A stretch of DNA of 63,868 bases, filler included, from Nemertoderma westbladi (lineage: Eukaryota; Animalia; Xenacoelomorpha), in assembly GCA_032718475.1 (NCBI GenBank). It is 3 parts of 3 records of this genome, joined end to end, with 100 filler letters (N's around TTAATTAATTAA, not from the genome) between each part and the next. Parts side by side here need not be neighbours in the genome. Positions count along the whole stretch, not along the records: positions 1 to 27,426 come from JAUCBJ010001013.1; positions 27,527 to 53,796 come from JAUCBJ010002707.1; 1 more part is not named here. One strand, written 5' to 3'. Made by a program: the position numbers and the translations under genes. Below are positions 22,201 through 34,847 of this stretch, one piece after another. Numbering within the stretch: position 1 is the first letter of the stretch; every line of letters begins with the position of its first letter. The notes under the pieces are model-generated. The model searched no databases, was not told the origin of the DNA, and saw only the letters and a program-made list of their open reading frames with translations.

Positions 22201-25200
22201 AGTTTGTGCTACTCTCTTCCTTTAATAGTTTGTGCTACTCTCTTCCTTTAATAGTTTGTGCTACTCTCTTCCTTTAATAGTTTGTGCTACTCTCTTCCTT
22301 TAATAGTTTGTGCTACTCTCTTCCTTTAATAGTTTGTGCTACTCTCTTCCTTTAATAGTTTGTGCTACTCTCTTCCTTTAATAGTTTGTGCTACTCTCTT
22401 CCTTTAATAGTTTGTGCTACTCTCTTCCTTTAATAGTTTGTGCTACTCTCTTCCTTTAATAGTTTGTGCTACTCTCTTCCTTTAATAGTTTGTGCTACTC
22501 TCTTCCTTTAATAGTTTGTGCTACTCTCTTCCTTTAATAGTTTGTGCTACTCTCTTCCTTTAATAGTTTGTGCTACTCTCTTCCTTTAATAGTTTGTGCT
22601 ACTCTCTTCCTTTAATAGTTTGTGCTACTCTCTTCCTTTAATAGTTTGTGCTACTCTCTTCCTTTAATAGTTTGTGCTACTCTCTTCCTTTAATAGTTTG
22701 TGCTACTCTCTTCCTTTAATAGTTTGTGCTACTCTCTTCCTTTAATAGTTTGTGCTACTCTCTTCCTTTAATAGTTTGTGCTACTCTCTTCCTTTAATAG
22801 TTTGTGCTACTCTCTTCCTTTAATAGTTTGTGCTACTCTCTTCCTTTAATAGTTTGTGCTACTCTCTTCCTTTAATAGTTTGTGCTACTCTCTTCCTTTA
22901 ATAGTTTGTGCTACTCTCTTCCTTTAATAGTTTGTGCTACTCTCTTCCTTTAATAGTTTGTGCTACTCTCTTCCTTTAATAGTTTGTGCTACTCTCTTCC
23001 TTTAATAGTTTGTGCTACTCTCTTCCTTTAATAGTTTGTGCTACTCTCTTCCTTTAATAGTTTGTGCTACTCTCTTCCTTTAATAGTTTGTGCTACTCTC
23101 TTCCTTTAATAGTTTGTGCTACTCTCTTCCTTTAATAGTTTGTGCTACTCTCTTCCTTTAATAGTTTGTGCTACTCTCTTCCTTTAATAGTTTGTGCTAC
23201 TCTCTTCCTTTAATAGTTTGTGCTACTCTCTTCCTTTAATAGTTTGTGCTACTCTCTTCCTTTAATAGTTTGTGCTACTCTCTTCCTTTAATAGTTTGTG
23301 CTACTCTCTTCCTTTAATAGTTTGTGCTACTCTCTTCCTTTAATAGTTTGTGCTACTCTCTTCCTTTAATAGTTTGTGCTACTCTCTTCCTTTAATAGTT
23401 TGTGCTACTCTCTTCCTTTAATAGTTTGTGCTACTCTCTTCCTTTAATAGTTTGTGCTACTCTCTTCCTTTAATAGTTTGTGCTACTCTCTTCCTTTAAT
23501 AGTTTGTGCTACTCTCTTCCTTTAATAGTTTGTGCTACTCTCTTCCTTTAATAGTTTGTGCTACTCTCTTCCTTTAATAGTTTGTGCTACTCTCTTCCTT
23601 TAATAGTTTGTGCTACTCTCTTCCTTTAATAGTTTGTGCTACTCTCTTCCTTTAATAGTTTGTGCTACTCTCTTCCTTTAATAGTTTGTGCTACTCTCTT
23701 CCTTTAATAGTTTGTGCTACTCTCTTCCTTTAATAGTTTGTGCTACTCTCTTCCTTTAATAGTTTGTGCTACTCTCTTCCTTTAATAGTTTGTGCTACTC
23801 TCTTCCTTTAATAGTTTGTGCTACTCTCTTCCTTTAATAGTTTGTGCTACTCTCTTCCTTTAATAGTTTGTGCTACTCTCTTCCTTTAATAGTTTGTGCT
23901 ACTCTCTTCCTTTAATAGTTTGTGCTACTCTCTTCCTTTAATAGTTTGTGCTACTCTCTTCCTTTAATAGTTTGTGCTACTCTCTTCCTTTAATAGTTTG
24001 TGCTACTCTCTTCCTTTAATAGTTTGTGCTACTCTCTTCCTTTAATAGTTTGTGCTACTCTCTTCCTTTAATAGTTTGTGCTACTCTCTTCCTTTAATAG
24101 TTTGTGCTACTCTCTTCCTTTAATAGTTTGTGCTACTCTCTTCCTTTAATAGTTTGTGCTACTCTCTTCCTTTAATAGTTTGTGCTACTCTCTTCCTTTA
24201 ATAGTTTGTGCTACTCTCTTCCTTTAATAGTTTGTGCTACTCTCTTCCTTTAATAGTTTGTGCTACTCTCTTCCTTTAATAGTTTGTGCTACTCTCTTCC
24301 TTTAATAGTTTGTGCTACTCTCTTCCTTTAATAGTTTGTGCTACTCTCTTCCTTTAATAGTTTGTGCTACTCTCTTCCTTTAATAGTTTGTGCTACTCTC
24401 TTCCTTTAATAGTTTGTGCTACTCTCTTCCTTTAATAGTTTGTGCTACTCTCTTCCTTTAATAGTTTGTGCTACTCTCTTCCTTTAATAGTTTGTGCTAC
24501 TCTCTTCCTTTAATAGTTTGTGCTACTCTCTTCCTTTAATAGTTTGTGCTACTCTCTTCCTTTAATAGTTTGTGCTACTCTCTTCCTTTAATAGTTTGTG
24601 CTACTCTCTTCCTTTAATAGTTTGTGCTACTCTCTTCCTTTAATAGTTTGTGCTACTCTCTTCCTTTAATAGTTTGTGCTACTCTCTTCCTTTAATAGTT
24701 TGTGCTACTCTCTTCCTTTAATAGTTTGTGCTACTCTCTTCCTTTAATAGTTTGTGCTACTCTCTTCCTTTAATAGTTTGTGCTACTCTCTTCCTTTAAT
24801 AGTTTGTGCTACTCTCTTCCTTTAATAGTTTGTGCTACTCTCTTCCTTTAATAGTTTGTGCTACTCTCTTCCTTTAATAGTTTGTGCTACTCTCTTCCTT
24901 TAATAGTTTGTGCTACTCTCTTCCTTTAATAGTTTGTGCTACTCTCTTCCTTTAATAGTTTGTGCTACTCTCTTCCTTTAATAGTTTGTGCTACTCTCTT
25001 CCTTTAATAGTTTGTGCTACTCTCTTCCTTTAATAGTTTGTGCTACTCTCTTCCTTTAATAGTTTGTGCTACTCTCTTCCTTTAATAGTTTGTGCTACTC
25101 TCTTCCTTTAATAGTTTGTGCTACTCTCTTCCTTTAATAGTTTGTGCTACTCTCTTCCTTTAATAGTTTGTGCTACTCTCTTCCTTTAATAGTTTGTGCT

Positions 25201-27426
25201 ACTCTCTTCCTTTAATAGTTTGTGCTACTCTCTTCCTTTAATAGTTTGTGCTACTCTCTTCCTTTAATAGTTTGTGCTACTCTCTTCCTTTAATAGTTTG
25301 TGCTACTCTCTTCCTTTAATAGTTTGTGCTACTCTCTTCCTTTAATAGTTTGTGCTACTCTCTTCCTTTAATAGTTTGTGCTACTCTCTTCCTTTAATAG
25401 TTTGTGCTACTCTCTTCCTTTAATAGTTTGTGCTACTCTCTTCCTTTAATAGTTTGTGCTACTCTCTTCCTTTAATAGTTTGTGCTACTCTCTTCCTTTA
25501 ATAGTTTGTGCTACTCTCTTCCTTTAATAGTTTGTGCTACTCTCTTCCTTTAATAGTTTGTGCTACTCTCTTCCTTTAATAGTTTGTGCTACTCTCTTCC
25601 TTTAATAGTTTGTGCTACTCTCTTCCTTTAATAGTTTGTGCTACTCTCTTCCTTTAATAGTTTGTGCTACTCTCTTCCTTTAATAGTTTGTGCTACTCTC
25701 TTCCTTTAATAGTTTGTGCTACTCTCTTCCTTTAATAGTTTGTGCTACTCTCTTCCTTTAATAGTTTGTGCTACTCTCTTCCTTTAATAGTTTGTGCTAC
25801 TCTCTTCCTTTAATAGTTTGTGCTACTCTCTTCCTTTAATAGTTTGTGCTACTCTCTTCCTTTAATAGTTTGTGCTACTCTCTTCCTTTAATAGTTTGTG
25901 CTACTCTCTTCCTTTAATAGTTTGTGCTACTCTCTTCCTTTAATAGTTTGTGCTACTCTCTTCCTTTAATAGTTTGTGCTACTCTCTTCCTTTAATAGTT
26001 TGTGCTACTCTCTTCCTTTAATAGTTTGTGCTACTCTCTTCCTTTAATAGTTTGTGCTACTCTCTTCCTTTAATAGTTTGTGCTACTCTCTTCCTTTAAT
26101 AGTTTGTGCTACTCTCTTCCTTTAATAGTTTGTGCTACTCTCTTCCTTTAATAGTTTGTGCTACTCTCTTCCTTTAATAGTTTGTGCTACTCTCTTCCTT
26201 TAATAGTTTGTGCTACTCTCTTCCTTTAATAGTTTGTGCTACTCTCTTCCTTTAATAGTTTGTGCTACTCTCTTCCTTTAATAGTTTGTGCTACTCTCTT
26301 CCTTTAATAGTTTGTGCTACTCTCTTCCTTTAATAGTTTGTGCTACTCTCTTCCTTTAATAGTTTGTGCTACTCTCTTCCTTTAATAGTTTGTGCTACTC
26401 TCTTCCTTTAATAGTTTGTGCTACTCTCTTCCTTTAATAGTTTGTGCTACTCTCTTCCTTTAATAGTTTGTGCTACTCTCTTCCTTTAATAGTTTGTGCT
26501 ACTCTCTTCCTTTAATAGTTTGTGCTACTCTCTTCCTTTAATAGTTTGTGCTACTCTCTTCCTTTAATAGTTTGTGCTACTCTCTTCCTTTAATAGTTTG
26601 TGCTACTCTCTTCCTTTAATAGTTTGTGCTACTCTCTTCCTTTAATAGTTTGTGCTACTCTCTTCCTTTAATAGTTTGTGCTACTCTCTTCCTTTAATAG
26701 TTTGTGCTACTCTCTTCCTTTAATAGTTTGTGCTACTCTCTTCCTTTAATAGTTTGTGCTACTCTCTTCCTTTAATAGTTTGTGCTACTCTCTTCCTTTA
26801 ATAGTTTGTGCTACTCTCTTCCTTTAATAGTTTGTGCTACTCTCTTCCTTTAATAGTTTGTGCTACTCTCTTCCTTTAATAGTTTGTGCTACTCTCTTCC
26901 TTTAATAGTTTGTGCTACTCTCTTCCTTTAATAGTTTGTGCTACTCTCTTCCTTTAATAGTTTGTGCTACTCTCTTCCTTTAATAGTTTGTGCTACTCTC
27001 TTCCTTTAATAGTTTGTGCTACTCTCTTCCTTTAATAGTTTGTGCTACTCTCTTCCTTTAATAGTTTGTGCTACTCTCTTCCTTTAATAGTTTGTGCTAC
27101 TCTCTTCCTTTAATAGTTTGTGCTACTCTCTTCCTTTAATAGTTTGTGCTACTCTCTTCCTTTAATAGTTTGTGCTACTCTCTTCCTTTAATAGTTTGTG
27201 CTACTCTCTTCCTTTAATAGTTTGTGCTACTCTCTTCCTTTAATAGTTTGTGCTACTCTCTTCCTTTAATAGTTTGTGCTACTCTCTTCCTTTAATAGTT
27301 TGTGCTACTCTCTTCCTTTAATAGTTTGTGCTACTCTCTTCCTTTAATAGTTTGTGCTACTCTCTTCCTTTAATAGTTTGTGCTACTCTCTTCCTTTAAT
27401 AGTTTGTGCTACTCTCTTCCTTTAAT
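19210..27426. repeat. Satellite array, 26-bp unit AGTTTGTGCTACTCTCTTCCTTTAAT, ~316 copies, truncated by contig end
   Basis: Directly visible. The few variants I saw lie before ~19800. Confidence 0.98.
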
Positions 27427-27526
27427 NNNNNNNNNNNNNNNNNNNNNNNNNNNNNNNNNNNNNNNNNNNNTTAATTAATTAANNNNNNNNNNNNNNNNNN
27501 NNNNNNNNNNNNNNNNNNNNNNNNNN
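27427..27526. other. Artificial contig linker (N-run / TTAATTAATTAA / N-run)
   Basis: 100 bp total. The 12-mer places stops in all six frames and is identical to the linker at 53797-53896. Confidence 0.95.
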
Positions 27527-29378
27527 GCGGCAATCCGTTCAGACCTAATAACAGCCAGACAACTATCCAGCCTACAAATTATCTAAATAAAATTATACGC
27601 TACCCGTACAGACTTACACAAACAAAGTACAGACTAAACGATGGCAGACCACTCTCAAGCCTAAATAAACCACAGGACATGCAGACTCCGAAATGATTAG
27701 GGAGTATGCGCTCTAACCCAGTAGTGCGACTTATTCTTTAGTTGGGGGATTACCTTACAGCGTTCGCTGCCCCTACTGCCTAATCGTACTTAATCGGACA
27801 GGTGATCTACACACACTGCAATTCGTTCAGACTTAACAGCAATCAGACAACAGCTCAGCCTACAAATTGTCTGTACAATCTGATCAGGCTTACACGCCTT
27901 CTGTTCAATACTGGCCTACAAATAAATAAAACTTGACAGAAATAAGTAAACCATATAAAGGAATAAGGGGTGATCAATCCCTAATCCCCTAAACAGCCTA
28001 CCGGTATACAACAATCAAATCGAATAATACTAGTGTACTTATACGGAAGTACCGGTTAGAACAGTTAGGCCTACTGACCTACAGAATGTACCGGTTCAGG
28101 TTTACCGGTTGACCGGTACTTTCAACTTTATTGCTTACTGCAACAAAGAAGCTATATCCTTTAATGTTCGCGCTTTCAGACCTTTGGCAGTTTAACCCAC
28201 CAAATTAAGATGTCTTCTAGATATTAAATCAGTTTTTAGTCTATGACAAGTATTTGATTCACTACACTAGTCGAAACCAATCCGTGCGCGACCATTCACC
28301 CGTTGGATATTCCCGGGAGATTGGGTTCGACGGTTTAATTTTATTGCTATGTAAGCCTAATGTATTATTCGACTGACAGTGCTATATAATCTCTGACAAT
28401 ATTATTCACCTTCGGTAATATTAACAGTTCCTTTAGGACGTGGCGCTTTATCTACATAAACAGAGTTATGACTTAAACTACTCACAACGACATGGCTTAA
28501 TTATAATTCACATATATGGCGCATTCTTTAGGAATGCTTCTTTAACAGACTCACTCATACACAATGCTGCACAATACTGCACACTAATCTGCCAATCTTC
28601 ACGGATTTTAGTCACATATAAAAGGAACACAGACTGACTCATGTAGGGTCTATCAAATAACATTAGATTCACTTCAAACCACTTTAACATAAGTCACAAT
28701 CGTTTATCTGTAACCCTTCTCTCTTACCTTCGGTATATCAAGAATATTGGGTTTCGGGGTTATTTATCGTTATTCCAAATATAATTATTCATCCACCATA
28801 TTATGAAGAACTGACGGTAAATAGCAGTATAAAACAACAATGAAAACACTGATTGTTATGAGTTTGCAATGTTTCAGCAGTCAGTATGTATGATCAGTTA
28901 GCAGTGATTCCATGAGTCAGGTAATTAAAGGATATATGCCCTTTATAATTAAACCTACTAGTGTAAGACTAAAAACTGAAAACACGGAGGTGCCAAAGCC
29001 GGTTCTTAGGCTCTGGTCAAAAACATAACACTGAACTACTGAGTTTCTGTATATACCTCCAACACAAAGACAACAAACGCTCTGATTGGTCAACCTGAAC
29101 AACGAGAGAACAGAGAAACAAAGAAACGTCGACGTGGCAATATCAGCTGCTAGCCGTCGTCATGGTAGCGACACTGTTTTCAAGAGTATCGAGCTTTTAC
29201 GTCACGGAATTACGGATTATGTCCTCTAAAGTACAAATACAGAAGAAATAGCTCTTATGTCCGCTAAAACACCAGTACAGCAAGGACACGGCCTTTTTAT
29301 GCCTGGTAAACCAACTACAGAGTACTTTACGGGAAAAATAAGGAAAAATAACCGGACAATTCAGTAAAAGCTTTTACA
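27527..29378 (-). mobile_element. Second copy of the LTR-like terminal region
   Basis: High identity to 5870-7707 except for a diverged block (~27950-28110 vs ~6290-6430). Same TGTAAAAGC terminus, different flank. Confidence 0.85.
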
Positions 29379-30402
29379 ACGATAATTACCTCCGTTTCAT
29401 ATTGATTGTTACACAATCATGCACACAATCATGCACACAATCATGCACACAATCAACCACAATCAATATGATACCCCCCCGGTGACGTGGGCGAAAGAAT
29501 ATCTTAACAAACAGTCACCTCCGTTTCCTACATTCTGTAGGCCTATATTTATTTCTACTGTATTCCCGACTTAAGGAGAGTGCATTGCCGCCTGTAGGGT
29601 ATAAACTTTCATGTTTCTACATAGAAGCCCAACATTCGTTCGTTAGTTAGTTATTAGCTTCAGATTGGTCGTTTCAACCATCATACACTGCTTCTGCATT
29701 TTTGCCATACAAATTTAATTGTTCACTCTAGCGCTAGTCGGCCTTAAAGAATTTAAATTTAATTGTTGTCATGAATATTTGTAACATGTAGTAAATGTGA
29801 GTTCATTTACAGTACCGGTACAACCCATTCACCAATTCAATCTGCGTTTATAAGAAATTCTATTTGGTAATTCTAAAAATTAATGTACCGTGAAATAGTC
29901 CACTGGAATTTTAGGTCAGGTTAGAAAAAAATCTTTAGAGATTTAGAGGCGGTTAATTGTTTTATCACAAATAACGGTTTTCACTCATTTTAATCAATTT
30001 TTTCACTAAATAATCAACACTATGTTAATTAACTTTTTCATTAATTTTAATAAATTTTTACTAAAAATAGTCAACACTGTATTAAATTATTTTTACATTA
30101 TTTTTAATACTTCCCACAAAACTCATCGGATTTTATTATATTTTATCATGCATCATAATACATTTAAACATTCATACCATTTGATTTATGGCGCGTTTAA
30201 AACCTACAACCAGTAAGTATTCCTACCGGTGGTACCATGAACAACAACCCCTCACTGCAATACATTGTATTTCCAATTTTATCATATTGACATAGACCCG
30301 AGATCAATATATTTACCGCGCGAGCGCAGCAAGTAAGTCATTAAGGTTGATCGAGGGACGTGAAGATAATATACTGGTATAGATAGTGAAATTTAGCTTA
30401 AA

Positions 30403-30610
30403 TACCGACGAGCTTGGTGGATACCAGTACCGACGAGCTTGGTGGATACCAGTACCGACGAGCTTGGTGGATACCAGTACCGACGAGCTTGGTGGATACC
30501 AGTACCGACGAGCTTGGTGGATACCAGTACCGACGAGCTTGGTGGATACCAGTACCGACGAGCTTGGTGGATACCAGTACCGACGAGCTTGGTGGATACC
30601 AGTACCGACG
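30403..30610. repeat. Minisatellite, 25-bp unit TACCGACGAGCTTGGTGGATACCAG, ~8 perfect copies
   Basis: Directly visible tandem array without unique spacers. Confidence 0.95.
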
Positions 30611-31815
30611 ACCGACACAAGATTACAAGTATTTCACGCTGCTTGCAGATAAAAAATACTTGAGTTTGCTTTTTTGACGATTCGTGTTCTATTATTGTTA
30701 TTATTTTATTGACAAATACTTCAATATTAACTTCTTATAAATCCATACCGATAAATTTACACATACCAAATTTACGAGACCTAGAATAACTGTGAAGAGG
30801 AAACAAAGTTAACAGTATTAATTCTAAACAACTACAATTAAATAAAATAGAAGAGCATTAATTTCTTGGGAAATTTCTAATCAATAACAAAATCTAACTA
30901 TCTGATAGCATCAATATTACTAAAGATGTGATTGGTTCTGGCGACTGCGGGTTTTTCACAAGTACACAAGCATTCGTGGGGATTTCATTCTTACACGAAG
31001 TCTAGTTGAGCATTATTTCGTGGCAGTAGGGCGGGCTACACATAGTGGACCTGGACACTCCTACAAAATTTCATATTAATTTGATGCTTGGTCCTGTAAT
31101 TATAGCTACTTCTAGGATTGTTACAATTCTCAAGTATTGTTGCAATTCTGTTTTCACAATAATTATTACTGTCAACTACTTTAAGTACTGATATTACGAT
31201 GTTAAAATATGCACAAAATATTGGTAATTTTAAATGTGAGTATTTATTAATTCTAGGTTGCGCTCAATTTGATATTCTAGTTGCGAATAAATTCTTAGAG
31301 AATCAACAAAGGTACAACTTTTTGTGGACAGTTTAACAGCAGCAAGGAAGGAGGACTTCTTACTGAATGAACGGATAAGGCTACCTAGCAGCGTGATATT
31401 TCCAGCAAACATAAAGACATAATAGCCAGCTACGTGTTCATCATTATCTTTTGTTTGAAGAGACGCGGGTTACCACTGTTAGCAAACGGACATTAATTAG
31501 CATGGAATATGTCGGAGACACCTGATATTTGTAAGAAGATGAGCCTTAAACAGGAAGTTGCAGCTCATTAAATCCTGGTTCTTTGTCAGAGGTACTGATG
31601 TAGGATTGGTTACATGAGATTATAAAGTCGCTAAACTGTTTCCATTCTTCTCATTTGAAAAATATTAAAAAAAGTTTAATCTTCATAATAACCTTATATG
31701 ATGTAACAAATGATAGTATTTGTAACAGGAAATTGTCACATATATCTTCCTAATTATAAGAAGATCATAATTTATCAAGTTTATTCTGGATGCGTTATTG
31801 GAAATAAATAACAGA

Positions 31816-32572
31816 ATGGCTATGTTTATCATGATGTTCACGTATTGGAGGATGCTATTGATTTATAGTTTAATTAACTCCATCAAACTATCAGCTTCAC
31901 AATACAAATGTACATTGTACCCTCTGCTCCCAGATGGTGAGCACCTAGACAACCTACCCTATTCGCGAAATAAAGTATACCCAGCTCTCCAGGTTGCTGT
32001 GGAATCTGCTAAAGAAATACTAGACCCTGGTGTGGTCCAATTCGTGCTGGAGGAATCTCGCAATACAAACTGCTCATCCGTAACCGCTCCTATTGAGGCT
32101 ATTGAATGCTATTCGGAGAATAAATACCGCGACAAGAACGTATCTATGGCAGTGTTTGTGGGGCCCGGATGCACTCATGCTGCCAGTCCTACTGCCAAAT
32201 ACTCCGGGATCTGGGAAATTGTCGTACTAACTGGAGGTTTCTTGTATGAGATCGCTGAACGGCTTGAATCTTATCCCACAACTACCCGCTTTGCCGGGCC
32301 TCTCGCTAAAGCCTTCAATATTATCGAATTGTTATTCAAAAAGTTTAACTGGAAACAAAATAAAGCAATGCTCATATATAAAAACCCTGGACGCGGAGGC
32401 CAAGTTGAAGACTTCGATGTTTTTACGAGTTCGACAATGTGGCGGGTATTCTTTAAGGATTATTTAGGATTATCACTGGAGTACACAATCGAGTTAACTA
32501 GCGACGGGGTCACTCCACTAAATACCAAGCTCATTGATGACAATTTGGAAATAATAATCAATAGAGCTCGAG
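31816..32572 (+). CDS. First coding exon of a natriuretic-peptide-receptor / receptor guanylyl cyclase-type gene (signal peptide plus ANF-receptor ligand-binding domain)
   Basis: Hydrophobic N-terminus, PALQVAV, VFVGPGCTHAASPTAKYSGIW, YPTTTR and FKKFNWK motifs typical of NPR ectodomains. Frame reaches ..NRAR then G|GTAAGT donor at 32573, where NPR-family exon 1 typically ends. Exact start ATG is uncertain. Confidence 0.85.
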
Positions 32573-32877
32573 GTAAGTTAAGTACCATTTATTTCAATAT
32601 TAATTGATTAATTTTAATTTTAAGTATTTAAAGGGATGCTTGAGGAGCTCTATAATATACAATAGACAACAAAGTCATGATATTCATGATGTTATGCCAA
32701 GATGGTATAATATTATGAGCTATTATTTCGGCATGCAGTAGTGGCGTCAGCATTACACATCTTGATATACTAAATCGGCATGTCATACGTTATTGACTAC
32801 AGCTTTTCCACATGAGTATTAATTAATAATTAATTAATAATAATTAATAATTAAATAATTAATAATAATTAATAATT

Positions 32878-33098
32878 TGGTACCAATTAACAAGAAGGGC
32901 AACCGAACACTCGTGGGAACTTTACATGGAAACTCGATTGCTACAATCTATACAATATAATTATACTGAATCGCATCTCAAAGATCTTGTTGAGAAATTG
33001 CTACGTGGGATTCAGAATAGTTTCAGTAAATAATGGGGTCCTTGGTCGTGGGATCATGAGTCACGTCACGATCAGGCTCTGAGAAGGATAATTGAAGG
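32878..33098 (+). mobile_element. Degenerate fragment of the same RTE family
   Basis: Aligns by eye to 16073-16285 (caagaagggcaaccg..., agaaggataattgaag). Confidence 0.7.
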
Positions 33099-33716
33099 TA
33101 TATATAATATGCCTAAAACATTCTCCTATTCATAGACAGTCGCATTTTCCGAGTCAATGGCGCAAAATGACCGCAAGTGCATAATAAATTTTAATGGGTT
33201 TGAAAACTGGTTGAATTTAATTAAAAAGAGAAAGGGAAATGAGCAGGTTACAGTGGCGGTGTTTTCTAACCAAAAAAATAAACTAGACATAATCTCACTT
33301 GTGGTCAATTTTCGCTGAACATGACTATTTTCATTCTCGGTCAATGTGCACCACTATCTGCATTTTCCATAACATGAGCTGCAACTTGAAAGTTGTATGT
33401 TAGAAGCTCAAGCTTAAGCGATTTCACCAAGTCTTGGTCTAGGTGAGCCAAGACTTGACAATGAGTAATAATGTAATATATAATTTATGTAATTTAATGC
33501 AATGTAATTTCTTCGCACTTAATAAAAAATAAAATAAAATATATAATATATAAAATAATAATATAAATATTAAAAATATATATGATATTCGAATATAGTT
33601 AAATAACTCTGGAATATTGTTACTGCTGTACTGCTGTACTGTACCGCATATCATAGGCCTATTGAGTAATTGCATTGCTGTATTGACTATTTTGGTGTTT
33701 GCCGGTCTACTAGCTA

Positions 33717-34844
33717 TTGATCGATCTGGCACACTTAAGCCAGTTCGCTTCGATGGGGGAGAGCAATGTAATCCTTGACCATGTCCTCTGCTTTGCTTGG
33801 CAGAGAGTGCATAAAGGCGCTGTTTTTGACGATGTTGTCGACTCCATGACCTGCTGGCCCTCGTTTAAAACGCCGGACATCGAAAACGCGAGATCATCCG
33901 TTCTATCACTCATTTCCGATAGAGATGTGACTAAGAAATTTGCTACGAAATACAATGGTGATAATAAGCGCAAAAAATATATTTGCGATATCCTCTCGAT
34001 TTTTGAACTCCAAGCATTTAAGAACCTCGATCCTCGCCCTCAATTTGTAGTGGAGGACTTTACTCTTCTGCCGCCAGTTAACCCAGCAGCTTCTACCTTA
34101 TCGCAGCTAGTGCAGGAAATGGGGGCGCTCAAAGACCGCGTTGCCTGCCTTGAGCATGGCAATAAAGTGATGGTTAGTTCCCGTTCCTTTGCCGAGGTTT
34201 CAACTCCGGCTCCCGTTGGCAACCAGACCTCGCTTGGCCCCGATTCCAGTTCGAATCAATCACGTAACAGGCGGCAGCCGCCGAAACAAGTTAAGATGGT
34301 AAACCGAGATCTATCGAATGGAGCACCTGCACACCAACCAGCACCGATCGATGACACTCAGGAAATTATAACGGTGGAAGACACGGGTACTGACGACGGG
34401 ATGACAACAGTTGGCCGTAATGGTCGACCTCTACGTTTCACCTCTCGCCCCCAGCCCCAGCCACACCGTCCAAAGGCAGTTATAGGCACCGGTACTACAC
34501 CGGGGCTTAAATCGGTACCCCGTCGATCCTACATTTTCGTTTCCCGTTTGGACTTAGGTGAATCAACTGAACGACTGTGTCAATTCGTTAAATCTGCATT
34601 CGAGGTTGATGTAACCTGTGATGAAGTGCAGACAAGGGCCACTGAGTATAAATCGTTCAAGCTTGGCTGCTCGCATGAAACCGCAGCAATTCTAAAGGAT
34701 GAAGGTAATTGCGGGAAGTGGCCATCCGGCATGGTTATCCGAGAATGGACTGGCGGCCACAGAAATCCTTCCGTCCCTGCCAAGCTTCCGCCGATATCTT
34801 TGTCTACTGCTGGGGTCGCTGGCGAAGCATCTAACACTCAATAA
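33717..34844 (+). CDS. LINE ORF1 protein (coiled coil plus C-terminal RRM-like region)
   Basis: 375-aa ORF with LPPV..coiled coil, IFVSRL...YKSFKL...WPSGMVIREW, a pattern common in invertebrate LINE ORF1. First ATG is at ~33752. Confidence 0.75.
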   Translation: MIDLAHLSQFASMGESNVILDHVLCFAWQRVHKGAVFDDVVDSMTCWPSFKTPDIENARSSVLSLISDRDVTKKFATKYNGDNKRKKYICDILSIFELQAFKNLDPRPQFVVEDFTLLPPVNPAASTLSQLVQEMGALKDRVACLEHGNKVMVSSRSFAEVSTPAPVGNQTSLGPDSSSNQSRNRRQPPKQVKMVNRDLSNGAPAHQPAPIDDTQEIITVEDTGTDDGMTTVGRNGRPLRFTSRPQPQPHRPKAVIGTGTTPGLKSVPRRSYIFVSRLDLGESTERLCQFVKSAFEVDVTCDEVQTRATEYKSFKLGCSHETAAILKDEGNCGKWPSGMVIREWTGGHRNPSVPAKLPPISLSTAGVAGEASNTQ

Positions 34845-34847
34845 TCA

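Noticed and set aside
5870-29378. One giant LTR element bounded by the two LTR-like copies
   Set aside because: The copies are on different contigs, no gag/pol lies between them, and the ORF lies outside the pair, to the left of copy 1.
30403-30610. CRISPR-like repeat (also considered for the 14088-15129 and 19210-27426 arrays)
   Set aside because: Units are head-to-tail with no unique spacers, there are no cas genes, and the context is eukaryotic.
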